Position numbers and translations under genes: made by a program. Below are positions 10,891 through 25,187 of a stretch of 64,000 bases of DNA, in pieces. Origin of the DNA: the human T2T-CHM13v2.0 reference genome, Homo sapiens; the NCBI RefSeq assembly GCF_009914755.1, contig NC_060929.1; one strand, given 5' to 3'. Each line of letters opens with the position of its first letter. The stretch's first letter is position 1. The notes under the pieces are model-generated. The model had not been told where the DNA came from. It saw only the letters and a list, made by a program, of their open reading frames with translations, and ran no database searches.

Positions 10891-13200
10891 GAATAGGATT
10901 ATGTATCATGTATTATTTTCCATCTGGCTTCTTTAACTCAAAATGATACGAATGAAATTCACCCTTGCTTCTGTGCAGCTCCTTCCTCATGACTGTTGTG
11001 GAGGTGTTGCCTTGCACAAATGCTTCCTACTGCTGATGGACATTTGACTTGTTTCCAGGGTGGGGATACTGTGAACACTCCACCCAGGAGCATTCTCACA
11101 CATGTCCTCTGGTAAACACATGCATGAACCTCTGTGGGGTGTGCACCGAGATGGGGAGCTGTGGGGTCTTTTGGTGCGTGGATGTCTGTGGGGTGTGCAC
11201 TGAGATGGGGACTGTGGGGTCATTTGGTGGATGGATCTCTGTGGGCTGTGCACTGAGATGGGAGCTGCGGGGTCATTTGGTGCGTGGATCTCTGTGAGGC
11301 GTGCACTGAGATGGGGGACTGCGGGGTCATTTGGTGCATGGATCTCTGTGGGGTGTGCACTGAGATGGGGGACTGTGGGGTCATTTGGTGCGTGGATCTC
11401 TGTGGGGTGTTTACTGAGATGGGGACTGTGGGGTCGTTTGGTGCGTGGATCTCTGTGGGGTGTGCACCGAGATGGGGAGCTGTGGGGTCATTTGGTGCGT
11501 GGATCTCTGTGGGGTGTGCACCAAGATGGGGACTGTGGGGTCATTTGGTGCGTGGATCTCTGTGGGGTGTGCACTGAGATGGGGGTCTGTGGGGTCATTT
11601 GGTGCATAGATCTCTGTGGGGTGTGCACCGAGACGGGGGACTGTGGGGTCATTTGGCGCGTGGATGTCTGTGGGGTGTGCACTGAGATGGGGACTGTGGG
11701 GTCATTTGGTGGATGGATCTCTGTGGGGTGTGCACTGAGATGGGAGCTGCGGGGTCATTTGGTGCGTGGATCTCTGTGGGGCGTGCACTGAGATGGGGGA
11801 CTGTGGGGTCATTTGGTGCGTGGATCTCTGTGGGGTGTGCACTGAGATGGGGACTGTGGGGTTGTTTGGTGCGTGGATCTCTGTGGGGTGTGCACCGAGA
11901 TGGGGAGCTGTGGGGTCATTTGGTGCGTGGATCTCTGTGGGGTGTGCACCAAGATGGGGACTGTGGGGTCATTTGGTGCGTGGATCTCTGTGGGGTGTGC
12001 ACTGAGATGGGGGTCTGTGGGGTCATTTGGTGCATAGATCTCTGTGGGGTGTGCACCGAGACGGGGGACTGTGGGGTCATTTGGTGAGTGGATCTCTGTG
12101 GGGTGTGCACCGACATGGGGAGCTGCAGGGTCATTTGGTGCATGCACATTCAGGTTCACTTTTCTAAGGTGGTTATGAGAATTTATCTCTCACCGGTCGT
12201 GGGTTCTGGTCCCAGTTCATACCTCCCCAGTCCTCGATAGGGGAATCTTTTTTTGTTTGTGTTTTTCTTGAGCCTCGCTGGTGGGCATGCAGCAAGTCCT
12301 ATTTGTATGTTTGGTTTTTTTTTAGCACACTCACAAAGACTAATGAGACTGCATACCTTTTCACCTATTTATTGGCCCTCTTGGGGAGCATCTTTTATTA
12401 AGAGCCTGCTCAGTCATTTGCCGGTTCTGCCACATGGGTGTCTATCTTTTTCTTATTGGTTCATAAAAGAATTTTGAAAATATAAGCTATATTGCTTTAT
12501 ATCTCGTTCTTGTTAGTTATATGTATGTAGAAAACACATTATCTGCGGCCTTTGCACTTTCTTAATGGTGTCCTTGGATGACAGCAAGCTCTTAAATTTC
12601 AATCTTTTTGTCAGTGGTTTAGTGCCTTTTGTGTTCTTGGTAAGTAATCTTTTCACAGTTCCCCAATAATAACACTTTTTTTCTTATGTTATTCTCTGGG
12701 AGACTTAATTATGTTTATTTTTACCTTTTACATGTAGGTCAACATTCCATCTGGAATTGGGTTTTTGCATGGTGTGAGATGCTCAGAGTCGATAATTTCT
12801 TTATGGATATCAAATTTACACAGCCCATCGGTTGAAAATGCCATTTCCCACAATACATATTATCTTTTTCATAAAATAAGGGTCCATATATGCATGAGTT
12901 TGGTTCTGGACACTCTATTCTGTTTTGCAGGTTTCTGTCGACCCTGCAGGAACACTCATGGTATACAAGACTGTAGCTTTGTAAAAACTCTTGATCGCTG
13001 GTAGTCTAAATTTTTTCCTCTTTCCTCATATTTGTCTTGGCTATATTTTGCCCTTTGCGTTTCCATATAAATTTTAGAAACAGCTTGTCAATTTCCACCC
13101 ACTCACGCAAGTCCCACTGAGTTATTTATTAGGACCCTGTGGGATCTGTAGAATAATTTGGGGAGAACTGATCTTTTGTAACATTTGGGTTTTGACAACC
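10891..13200 (-). mobile_element. Ancient L1M (L1ME-like) 3' region, antisense, interrupted by a VNTR
   Basis: tgctgatggacatttgacttgtttccag, gactaatgagactgcataccttttca, ttccatataaattttagaaacagcttgtcaatttc, aatttggggagaactga are typical antisense L1M motifs. Confidence 0.8.
11127..12145. repeat. 53-54-bp G-rich VNTR, ~19 copies (gatctctgtggggtgtgcactgagatggggactgtggggtcatttggtgcgtg)
   Basis: Near-identical tandem units read directly from the sequence. Confidence 0.97.
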
Positions 13201-13617
13201 CTGGAATGTTCCTACTGGCTCCCAGGCCATCCCTCCATGACTGTGTTCTGTGGGTAACCCTCAATCTGTCCTGATCAGCCCCATCATGCTGGTGTCCAGA
13301 GAAAAAGGTAGGCTCCCAAATTCAGAGATGGAGGGATTGGTGAGGCTGGCATTCAAGAATAGTGAGAGGTGGATATAGATGTTTTAGAGGACAAAGCTGC
13401 CTCAGTGCCTAGAAAAGGGCTTGAGACCCCCAATGACACAGATGAGTTTGGAGATCACACATGTGTGGTGTTGCACACCTTTGGGGCAGGGACCCCTCTG
13501 GCAGGGCTCAGCAGCCTCTGCAAAGGTGTCAAAGGCAGAGGGGCTCGTCGCCACCCAGCTCTCAGGGGCTGTGCACCCTCCTGGACCCCTTTCAACTGAG
13601 TTGATTGGAGTGGGGTG

Positions 13618-13962
13618 GTCATCAGGATTGCCGTGTCCTCCAAAATGTATGTGTTTGACTCCTCAGCCCCAGGGTGATGATGTGAGGTGGGGCCTTGGGA
13701 GTTGATTGGGTCTTGAGGGTGGGGCTTCATGATGGGGTTGCTGCCCTTGTGACGGAGGCTCCAATGGGCTCCCTGCCCTCTCTCCTCCTGGTAAGGACAC
13801 AGCAAGCAGATTCCATCTGTGGACCAGGACGCAGGTCCTCATCAGACATCCAATCTGCTGGCAAGTTGGTCTTGAACTTCCAGCCTCCGGAACTGCGAAT
13901 CGTTGTTGACAAGCTACATAGTCTGTGTATTCCATTATAGCAGCCCAAAGGGATGAGAAGAT
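13618..13962 (+). mobile_element. MLT1A-like MaLR solo LTR
   Basis: gaggtggggccttgggag, gaacttccagcctccggaactg, ttatagcagccc colinear with MLT1A. Confidence 0.85.
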
Positions 13963-14966
13963 GGATATGGCCCGGAGATAATGCACACCTCTCGTGGGGA
14001 CAGTGTCCCCATCCCCCTCCGGCTGCACTGAAGACCTGGAGCAATGGCTGCCATCCATGCGCGAGGACCCCTCGGAGGTTCCACCTGCACAGACCTTGCT
14101 AAGGGTGAGGTGATTACTAGAAGGAGCACCTTTTCTAGTTAAAATCTAACTAGATTCTCCTTGGCAACTTGTCTTACAGAAACAGGTATAGACTATCACC
14201 TTGCCCAGCTGGGCGCATCTTCGGAGGGAGGCCTGGGGCCACGTGCACCTAATGAAGGTGCCTGGGAGGGGGCTGGCTTTCCACTCAGCAAATGCTTTCT
14301 TACAGAAAGACTGTGGGGAGAGTCCGTTTTCTTAGAGCCGTATGAAGAAATCCTAAAAACCAACTGCCCAATCTCAACTCGTAACAGGGAACCTGGGGAG
14401 TGACATCAGAGATTCCCAATGTTTTCCTCCTCGTTGATCCCTGCGATGAAGGCACTTGCCCATGTGTATTCTGTAGTAGGAGTTTGCATTCTGAAACTGG
14501 TCTTTATTAAAGAACAAACACATTATTTACAAATTATAGTAAGAGAAATACCTACTTATTTGTAAAACCTGTTGCTCAGCATAACAACACAGGTGACTGC
14601 ATGTCATCCACAGAGTTTCAGATGACTCTGTTATGCCGACCATGTCCTGGTGGATGTGCAGTTCTCTCATAGGCCTTTTACCTTATTGAAAATCACGCGT
14701 GCATCCCAGCTGTTGTTTAGGATCCTGAGCCCCCTGGGCTGGGAGCCACAGCACTGATGACCTCAGAAACAAGGTTGTTAGAGGCTGTGTTCTCTCCACA
14801 CCCCTTTCTTGTGAGGCCCTGGGATGCTGCTTGGTCTGGAGGGGCATCCTTCCCAAAGCCCCACAGGAGGCTGCTGTCATCTGCATTCTACCGAGGGCAT
14901 CCCCAGTCCCAGGTTTCATCCTGGTGTCCCGCTCATATGTTCCCTGTCACCCTGACGTGCTCAAAT

Positions 14967-15546
14967 GAGTCAGTCCTCTTCATTCATAGATTCTATATTG
15001 CAAATTCTCCTACTCACTAAAATTTATTTGTAGCGTCAAAATCAGCATTCATGCACTGTCTTAGATTGTAGGTGTGCACAGAGCGATAAAAAATCGGAGT
15101 CGCCTGACATGCACAGCCCCGCCTAGGGCTGAACAAAGGCCCAGCTCTGCCTTCCCGTTACGGCTCATCCTGTAAACGGTGTCCTTTCTGTGGTCTGTTG
15201 AGTGCCGTATTTTTTGAATTTGTGTGCATTTTGCTGGTGATCTCACTGCTTAAGAGGGCGAGCACAGTGTGGAAGTGCTGTAGTGTTCCCACGTGCAAGG
15301 GGCTGTGGTGTGCCTCATGGAGAACACGTGTCTGAGAAGCTTCCCTCAAGCACGAGTGATGAATCAACACTGCATAGTGAACAAGGTGTCTAAACAGAAA
15401 CACGAAGCACAAGGCTGTGTGCTGATCCATGGATGAAATGCTGTGACCAGAGCTGAGCCCTGCGTTTCCCCAGGAGCAGGGGTGTCCGTCGGCTCGCCGT
15501 CTGCAGACTCTAGTATGTAGCCACCCTGAGTGGTGGGGACCGACTG
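14967..15546 (-). mobile_element. MER82 (TcMar-Tigger) DNA transposon
   Basis: Termini gagtcagtcctc...accgactg; internal ctactcactaaaatttatttgta, ggagtcgcctgac and aaggtgtctaaacagaaacac match the MER82 reverse complement. Confidence 0.85.
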
Positions 15547-15787
15547 CACTTCTCAGCAGTACTCGGCTAAAAGCCTGCGTGCAACTTAGCTTTATGTGTC
15601 CTGAGTTTGGTCTTTGTTTCACAAAGGGAAGGGGGTTGGATGTTGGGTTTCCCAGGACATGGTGCCTGTTTAGAAGTGCCCCCAGGGCCTCAGAGCCAGC
15701 GGGAGGCATCCACCCAAATGCTGCTGACAAACCTTCCTGTGGCAGCTGCCACTCCACACGGAGGTGCAGGGAAGCCAGCTGCCAGGG

Positions 15788-16648
15788 CACACACACAAAC
15801 ACATGCATGTGCACACACACCATACTGTCACACACACCTCAACATGCACGTGCACACATGCCACACTCACACGTACACAAGCACACATACCTGAATATGC
15901 ACATGCACGCACACATGCTCCACTCACGTGCACAAGCACACACAGCCACACCGGAACACACATGCCACACTCACAAGCACACACTGGAACACACATATGC
16001 ACACACTCATGCCACACACAGATAAGCATACACACATCAGAACACACACACCACACCTACACACAAGCACACACACCCCAAAACACACATGCACACACAC
16101 ATGCTACACACACACAAGCACGCACACACACAGGCACACATGCCACATAAACACATACTGGAACACATACATGTACACACACCACAGAAGCACACACACT
16201 GAAACACACATGCACACACACACACACCAGAACACAGACATGCATACGCATGCCACACACACACACACACACCTGAACACACATGCCACACTCACACGTA
16301 CACAAGTGCACACACACCAGAACACACACACCACACTCACACACAAGTGCACACACACACACCGGAACACACATATGGATACACACATGCCACGCACACC
16401 AGAACACAGGCACATGCTCCATGCTCACACACACATACTGGAACACACAGATGCACACACCACACACACAGGCACACTGAAACACACGCACACACACCAG
16501 AACACATGCACACACATGCCACACACACAAGCACACACAACGCACCTGATCACACACATGCACACACATGCTACACTCTCACACATGCAAACACATACAC
16601 TTACCTGAACACACACATGCGCACACACACACCACACTCGCACACACC
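15788..16648. repeat. CA-rich low-complexity tract (cacacatg / ggaacacac variants)
   Basis: ~860 bp of alternating C/A; gives His/Thr and Cys/Val pseudo-ORFs. Confidence 0.95.
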
Positions 16649-17289
16649 CTCCGGCATGTCCAGAGTATTTCTCTTCCCTGGTGGGAGAAGCTCTTGGTGC
16701 TTGGAGACTCCACTGAGAAGTGCTCACTGGAAGCAGAAGCAGCTGTGGGAGGCAGAGAAGGCGATGCGGGGGCTGGTGGGGCTGAGCTGCCCACTCTGGG
16801 CTGGCGTGGACGGTTCCAGAGTCACCAAAAGTGACACCTGGCCTCGAGGGGCCCTGGCAGATGACAGGAACCAAAAGCACCAATGTGGGTGATTCTTCAG
16901 GGGAGGAAGCTGAGAGCCTCCTTCAGGCCACAGCCCAGAGCCTCTGGGGACCTCCAGGTGGAGCCACGTCCTGGTCACTCGGATTCGGGACCTGGTCAGC
17001 AGCCTGCACCTCTTCAGCACCCTTGGGGCAGTGACGCCTCCTCTTGGCATGTGAGAGAGGCCAGTGTCCTGTCGTCCCTGTTGGTTAAACTTGTGGCTTC
17101 ATCTTCCTTAGACAGATGCCAGCTCCATCCCCAAGGGTGAGCTTTTAAGGCTCATGGTAAGGCCCTGCCTTCCCTGTCCTCCCCACGACACCCCCTGGAC
17201 CCGTGCCCATCCCTAGACCCATGACCCTCAGTAGGCAGCATTTTCAAGGCTGTCTCTTGGCCCTGGACGGCTGTCTGGTCCACCTTCAT

Positions 17290-17560
17290 GCCCCATCACA
17301 TTACTGAGGCTCAAATGCCCCCTCCTCACCAGGCCTCCACACGCCCTCTCCACAGAGCACCCCCTGCTGCACCTCTGCGTCCTGACCCAGGGCCGTTTCC
17401 CCCCATATTTGTCTCCATCCAAGGCAGCACCGTCTGTTTCCATGTTTGTTCTCTTCCTGTCTGTGTCCCCTACCAAGCACGAGCGGCATTAGGGCAGGGG
17501 CTGGTTTCTGGGGACTCGTGTCATGGTGGTCGCCACAGTGTTACGGTAGATGCTAGCGGA
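17290..17560 (+). mobile_element. L2a 3' fragment, GC-shifted
   Basis: gctcaaatgccccctcctc...aggcctcc, tgtctgtgtccccta and tagggcagggg follow the order of the L2a 3' end. Confidence 0.55.
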
Positions 17561-18175
17561 GGAAAGGGACGTTGAAGACTTCCCTTTGATTTGTTTCATG
17601 AAAAGTTTGTTTCCTAGAAGGCGCCCACCTGGCAGAGAGACACATCTGCTGTCGGCAGCGTTTTAGGGGCTGAAATCTGTCATCCTGCCAGGCCACTAAA
17701 GGGTAACACAGGAAAACCAACGTGACGTTGTGGCGATTTGCTCAAACATGCAGCAGAATTGAGGTCATTTCTCTGCTCACTGCTAACGACTTCCCATCCC
17801 CTACAATTGATGCAGGCCCAGAGTGTGCGCCCAGCCGGCCACAGGTGCAACGGCGGCCCCCACACGGCGGTGTGCTCCTCCCCTCCCCTTTCCTCCTTCC
17901 CTCGCCTTTTCCTTTCCAGTGAAACATATTCCATCTTTCCTTAAAATAAAACATTTAATATTTTAGGACTATTACCTGGTAAATGGGGAATATCTTGGTT
18001 CTTGACAGGTGGATTTGTGTTAACAGGGGTGCAGGCTTACAGACAGAGGTAGTTTTTTCTAGTCTTTTCTGAGTGATGTGTTTTACACCTTTGTTTCGCA
18101 AGCCACTTTCTATGGGTGTACATTCTGTCCTAGAGGAGTGTAGGGCCTCCGGGCCAGTATGAAGGCGTGGCAGTC

Positions 18176-18506
18176 CAGCCCTGTCTCATAGAAATACCAT
18201 GGGAGCCACACGGGTAAGTGGACGTGTTAGAACAGTCAAACCAAAAAAGAAAACAAACAGGGAAATGGGTTATATGGAATTATATGAAACACTATGATTC
18301 ATTTAACCCAGTGTATCTAAAATACAATCATTTCAAAATGTTGCTACGATCAACATGTAGTGAGATAGTTCACAGTCCTTTCTGTACTAATTCTTGGAGA
18401 TCCGGAGTGTATTTCACACTTACTGCACATCTAAATTTGAACCGGCCACATTTTGGGTGCCCTATGGCCACACAAAGCCAGTGCTCACCACACCGGATGG
18501 CACAGC
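18176..18506 (+). mobile_element. MER33 (hAT-Charlie)
   Basis: ctgtctcatagaaatac..gagccaca, atttaacccagtgtatctaaaat, gtgtatttcacacttactgcacatct. Confidence 0.8.
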
Positions 18507-18514
18507 CCGAGGGC

Positions 18515-18635
18515 AGGGGTTGGTGAGCCGTGGCCCACAGCCTGCTCATGTCCGGTCCACAAGCTGAGAATGATGGTTAGAGTGACAAATGGTAGACAAA
18601 AGAAACAGGAGCATATGTGATAGAAGCCATAGGTT
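18515..18635. mobile_element. MER58-like (hAT-Charlie) fragment
   Basis: caggggttgg terminus, ccacaagctgagaatg, gcatatgtgatagaagccata. Confidence 0.5.
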
Positions 18636-19704
18636 AGGACGTTCAGATTTATCACAGTGGTTTTCAGGTGAGTCAATCAATAAAGACATAAGTTTTTTTC
18701 TCAGTTTTAATAGCAGAAAACGCAGATAGAAGAACCCCTATAAACAGAAGCTGTATGGGGGCTTGAGAACCGTGAGTCTGGTCTGAGCCCAAGCAAGGCA
18801 GCCACCTGGTGAGGGAGGCACCCAGCAGCTGAGAGGCAGGTGGCCTCAGCCCACGTCACCTCATCCCATGTCACCCGGCCCCACGTCACCCAAAGCCCCT
18901 GCGTTCCCTGTCATGCGGCACTGCCTTCTCATCCACAGTGTGTCTCGTTGGCGAGGTTCAGGTGAGAGGTGTGCTTCACAGTTACTTGAAGTCAGGGTGA
19001 TAAAGAGTACCTTCAGCTTGGTCCTGTCTGACTGTTATCCTCCGCCGCTGTAACAGGCTTTGGTTATGATCTTGGAAGAGTTGCGAGGTAAGGCTCATGG
19101 ACACTGATCTTAAAGGGATTCCCATGGCGGGTGTGAACAGAGCCATTGTCTCACCTTTTATTTTATAGGATTGCCGGTTGTTACCACTTATGTCTTGGGT
19201 GACCTAATTTGCAAACATAGTATTAATTTCCTCTTAAAATCTTGCAGGCAGAATATAAAAATGTGTGCTCAGCCTGTGGCAGGAAGGCAGACCGGGCAGC
19301 CACGCCGTGCCCTGCCTCCTGCTGCCCTTGGCAGACCCGGCAGATTTCAGTCTGAAGGGCTTTCCCATGACAGGCCACAGGGAGCTACCCCAAGAACCGC
19401 AGACCTAGGGGGCCTCCTGACTCTGGTGTCCTGGGAGGCTGCTTCTGGCTCCTACTATCACTTCCAAATCCCACTGACTGACCCTGAAGGACCTGCAGAT
19501 GCCCAGGAGCTCGGGGCACAGGCTGTTGCATCCCCTCTGTCAGCCACACGTGGATCCCCAGGAGGTCCTTGGCTTCTCCTGACCCTATTGGGGCATCAGA
19601 GCCCTGCGCATTCTGGTTCAGAACCCGAATGCCCGGAGGGCTTCCCTGCTGAGGGTGCAGCTGGACCTCACGGAGCTGGGGAAGACCTTGTTTGTGGGAT
19701 GCAT

Positions 19705-21192
<1,488 letters not shown>

Positions 21193-21712
21193 ATATTTAT
21201 CGGTCTGCAAAAGTTAAAAATGATGACTTGGAAACACTGGTAATGGGGCATTTTGCTTCAGCAACATTTTCCCTGTTTGGGTGTCGGTGGCTCAGCCAGT
21301 GTTGAAGAAATCTGCAGTGAAGAAGAGGGTAGGTCGAATCTGCTGCAGAGGAGGTTGCATCCTGTGGGCCACAGCTGCCTGGTGATATCATTTTCACCAG
21401 CTGCTGCCTCCGCTGACAGAGAGCTGGGCAGGGGGATGGGGGAGCTGGTGACCCACCCAGATGCTCTCTCTTGCTGGGGTGCTCAGTCCCCGGGGCCAGG
21501 AGTGTCCTAATGACCGTGCGCTTGTCCACTTCCAGTGGAATTATGAAATCTGCTGGGCTGACAGGTGCTGCTGGGACTGGGGGGTGTGGGTCGAGCACCC
21601 CTGCACACACATCCAGGGACTGGTTGGTGCAGACACACACTGGCTTGACTGTACACACCCCTTGACTGCACAAGGGCTGATTTTGTGGCGTTGTTCCTGC
21701 TCTAGACTGAAG

Positions 21713-21890
21713 CAGGGTTCTCAAAGCAAACCCGGCCAGTAGCACCGTCCCTCCTGGGAAGTTGTTGGAGACGCAAATTCTCCAGCCTCATCCCTGACCT
21801 ATAGATTTAGAGCTCTGGGGTATGGCCCAGCAGCATGTGTTTAACGAGCCCTGCAGGAGGTTCTGATGCAGCTCAAATTGGGGCACACAG
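21713..21890 (+). mobile_element. MER5A (hAT-Charlie)
   Basis: cagggttctcaaag, gcaaattctccagcctcatccctgaccta, gtgtttaacgagccct, ttctgatgca. Confidence 0.85.
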
Positions 21891-22449
21891 CTCTGAGTGT
21901 CCCTTGGTGTCTGGAGGGCTCTGGTCTGCAGCACAGACACCTCCTGGCTTAGCTTTGCCTCCACCCCGGCTTCTCTCCTTGCTCCCCTGAGAGCACCAGC
22001 TCCGGCCATCTCTTGGACAAGCACCTCGCCCCGGGAGTCTGCGTCTGGGAACCAAGCGGGCTTTCTGCACACCGCCTCAGGTATCTCCAAATTATATCCA
22101 CAGCTGCTTAATTCCCCTCCTTACCTCCCCAAGCCCATACCTCTACCTTTTAAGCCACGTGTCTCTTCTCCACATAGAGTCCAAGAGAGCCCAGGGAAAG
22201 GCAGGGCGAAGTGTACTGCGGGGGTTGTTAATGCATCTCCAATTTGACATTCATTTCTGGTAGACTCAGCCTGCAGGCTTGGCTCCTGCTGTGCTGTTTC
22301 CCCTTTTCTCCTTTACAAATTCAGTGAAGACAAAGGAAAAAAACAGAAGGAAATAAATCCATTAACTGAGAAATGTTTTCAGATACTATAAATAATAGTT
22401 TTATATTTAAAATAGGACCATACCAGGGCATTCAATTCTGTCTGGAGTT

Positions 22450-23046
<597 letters not shown>

Positions 23047-23740
23047 CAGCTGAGAGGTACTAAGGTACTAAGAGCAGTGGCAGCTCAGCAGTGAAGGAAG
23101 TGGCTGTGCCAGGTCTGCTGTCCAAAGATGGCAAGCTGGCAGAGATTCAAATCCAAACCAAAAAAAGCCCAGATGGCCTTTCCTGAGCACGGGGCCCCAG
23201 GTGAGAAGGCAGATTCTGAAGCGGGGCTTCCCACTCATCTTGCTGAGCCTGCCTTTCCCGGTCTTTTGGTGCTGGCTGTGGTGCTGTGAGAGATGATGAA
23301 GTTTGTAAGTCGGGGCAGTTTTTAAACCCACAGACAAGAAGCACATCTGCAAAATGCAGCCTGGGAGCTGTCTACTCTGCCCGGAACAGTGGGGATCTCT
23401 GCAGGAGGAAATCGCATAGTTTCCCACGGGTGAATTGTCATGATGCTGTTGTGGCTGTTGGCAGGAAGCTTCCTCACATTTTCAGTTTAAATGCATTCCT
23501 CCTGATCTTTCCAAAAGACGGAGGCAGAACAGCTGGTTGCCATACTCCGCATAAAGTCCTTTGGGTAAATTGAAGGTAAATTTTATCCCTTAAATTCTGC
23601 TCCATGGGGTCACAGCCTTGGGTCCTTAAATAAAGAAAATTGTGGGTTTTTTCCCCTATAAAAGCAAAACAATCCGGCAACTGCACCATGGATGAAGCAT
23701 TTAGGCAAATGATGTGATTTGGATACCAAAGGGAATCTGA

Positions 23741-24095
<355 letters not shown>

Positions 24096-24386
24096 TCAAT
24101 GGAACAACATTTTGGAAGAGTTTTCTATTTTCGTGGTTCATGAAATCATTGTATCTACCATGAAATATTATACATCACAATATGACTAAAACTGAAGGGG
24201 GTTCAGATGACCACGAGGCAACTCAGGACCCTCTAGACAGCAATGGCATGGTGGGGGGACTTGCCAGGCTTCTCTGCCAGCCTTGCTGTCTGGGTCTACC
24301 TGCTCGGGGGCTCCGGGGGCCATGCTGACCACAGGGCGGCCTGGAAGCGGTGCTGATGCTAGCGGAGGAAGAAGAGGGTGTGCGAT

Positions 24387-24723
24387 GGAGCTGGAGCTTG
24401 CGGGGAGCTGGAGCTTGCGGGGAGCTGGAGCTTGCGGGGAGCTGGAGCTTGCGGGGAGCTGGAGCTTGTGGAGAACTGGAGCTTGCGGGGAGCTGGAGCT
24501 TGTGGGGAGCTGGAGCTTGGGGGAGCTGGAACTTGCAGGGAGCTGGAGCTTGTGGAGAATGGGAGCTTGCGGGGAGCTGGAGCTTGAGGAGAACTGGAGC
24601 TTGCGGGGAGCTGGAGCTTGTGGGGAACTGGAGCTTGCGGGGAGCTGGAGCTTGCGGGGAGCTGGAGCTTGCAGGGAGCTGGAGCTTGCGGGGAACTGGA
24701 GCTTGTGGGGAGCTGGAGCTTGT
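24387..24723. repeat. 17-bp VNTR, ~20 copies (ggggagctggagcttgc)
   Basis: Direct tandem units; no stop codons in several frames. Confidence 0.97.
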
Positions 24724-25187
24724 GGTGCCGACCCAGGACCAGTTATGGACTGGGGGAACCCAGAGGACAAAAGAAGGACTCCTCATTCAAAAGTCGTTAA
24801 GAGTTTGAAGACGGCAATGACAGAGTATTAAACTAGGTGGGAGCCCCTTCTGTGCCTGGGGCCTCGTGTGACTGCAAAGCCCACGGGTCCTTGAAGGCAA
24901 CCCTGGTCTTATGGCACAGACTGTGGGGACAGCTCCTAGGTTCTCCCCTTGGCCAAGCATGACATTGCCTTCAAGGGGCCAGGGAGAAGGGCAGTGATGA
25001 TTGTTGACAGCTCAGGAAGGAGGGGCAGTGGCTAAACTATGTGGATCATATGTGCCCACCAAGGGGTCAGCCTTGAAAATTCTCTCTAGGCTTTATGACC
25101 ATTGAGGGAGGAAATTGTTCTTGTTGTCAGAGAGGGTAAAATATATCCTGGGGGACAAAGATTTTTGTGTTTTTACTTTTTGTTCTC

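Noticed and set aside
11049-12159. Repetitive Gly/Cys/Trp ORFs
   Set aside because: VNTR translation artefacts inside a dead L1
15579-16892. His/Thr-rich and Cys/Val-rich ORFs
   Set aside because: CA/TG low-complexity sequence
24186-24831. Ser/Pro-rich ORFs of 150-195 aa on both strands
   Set aside because: Produced by the stop-free 17-bp VNTR; the unit length is not a multiple of 3
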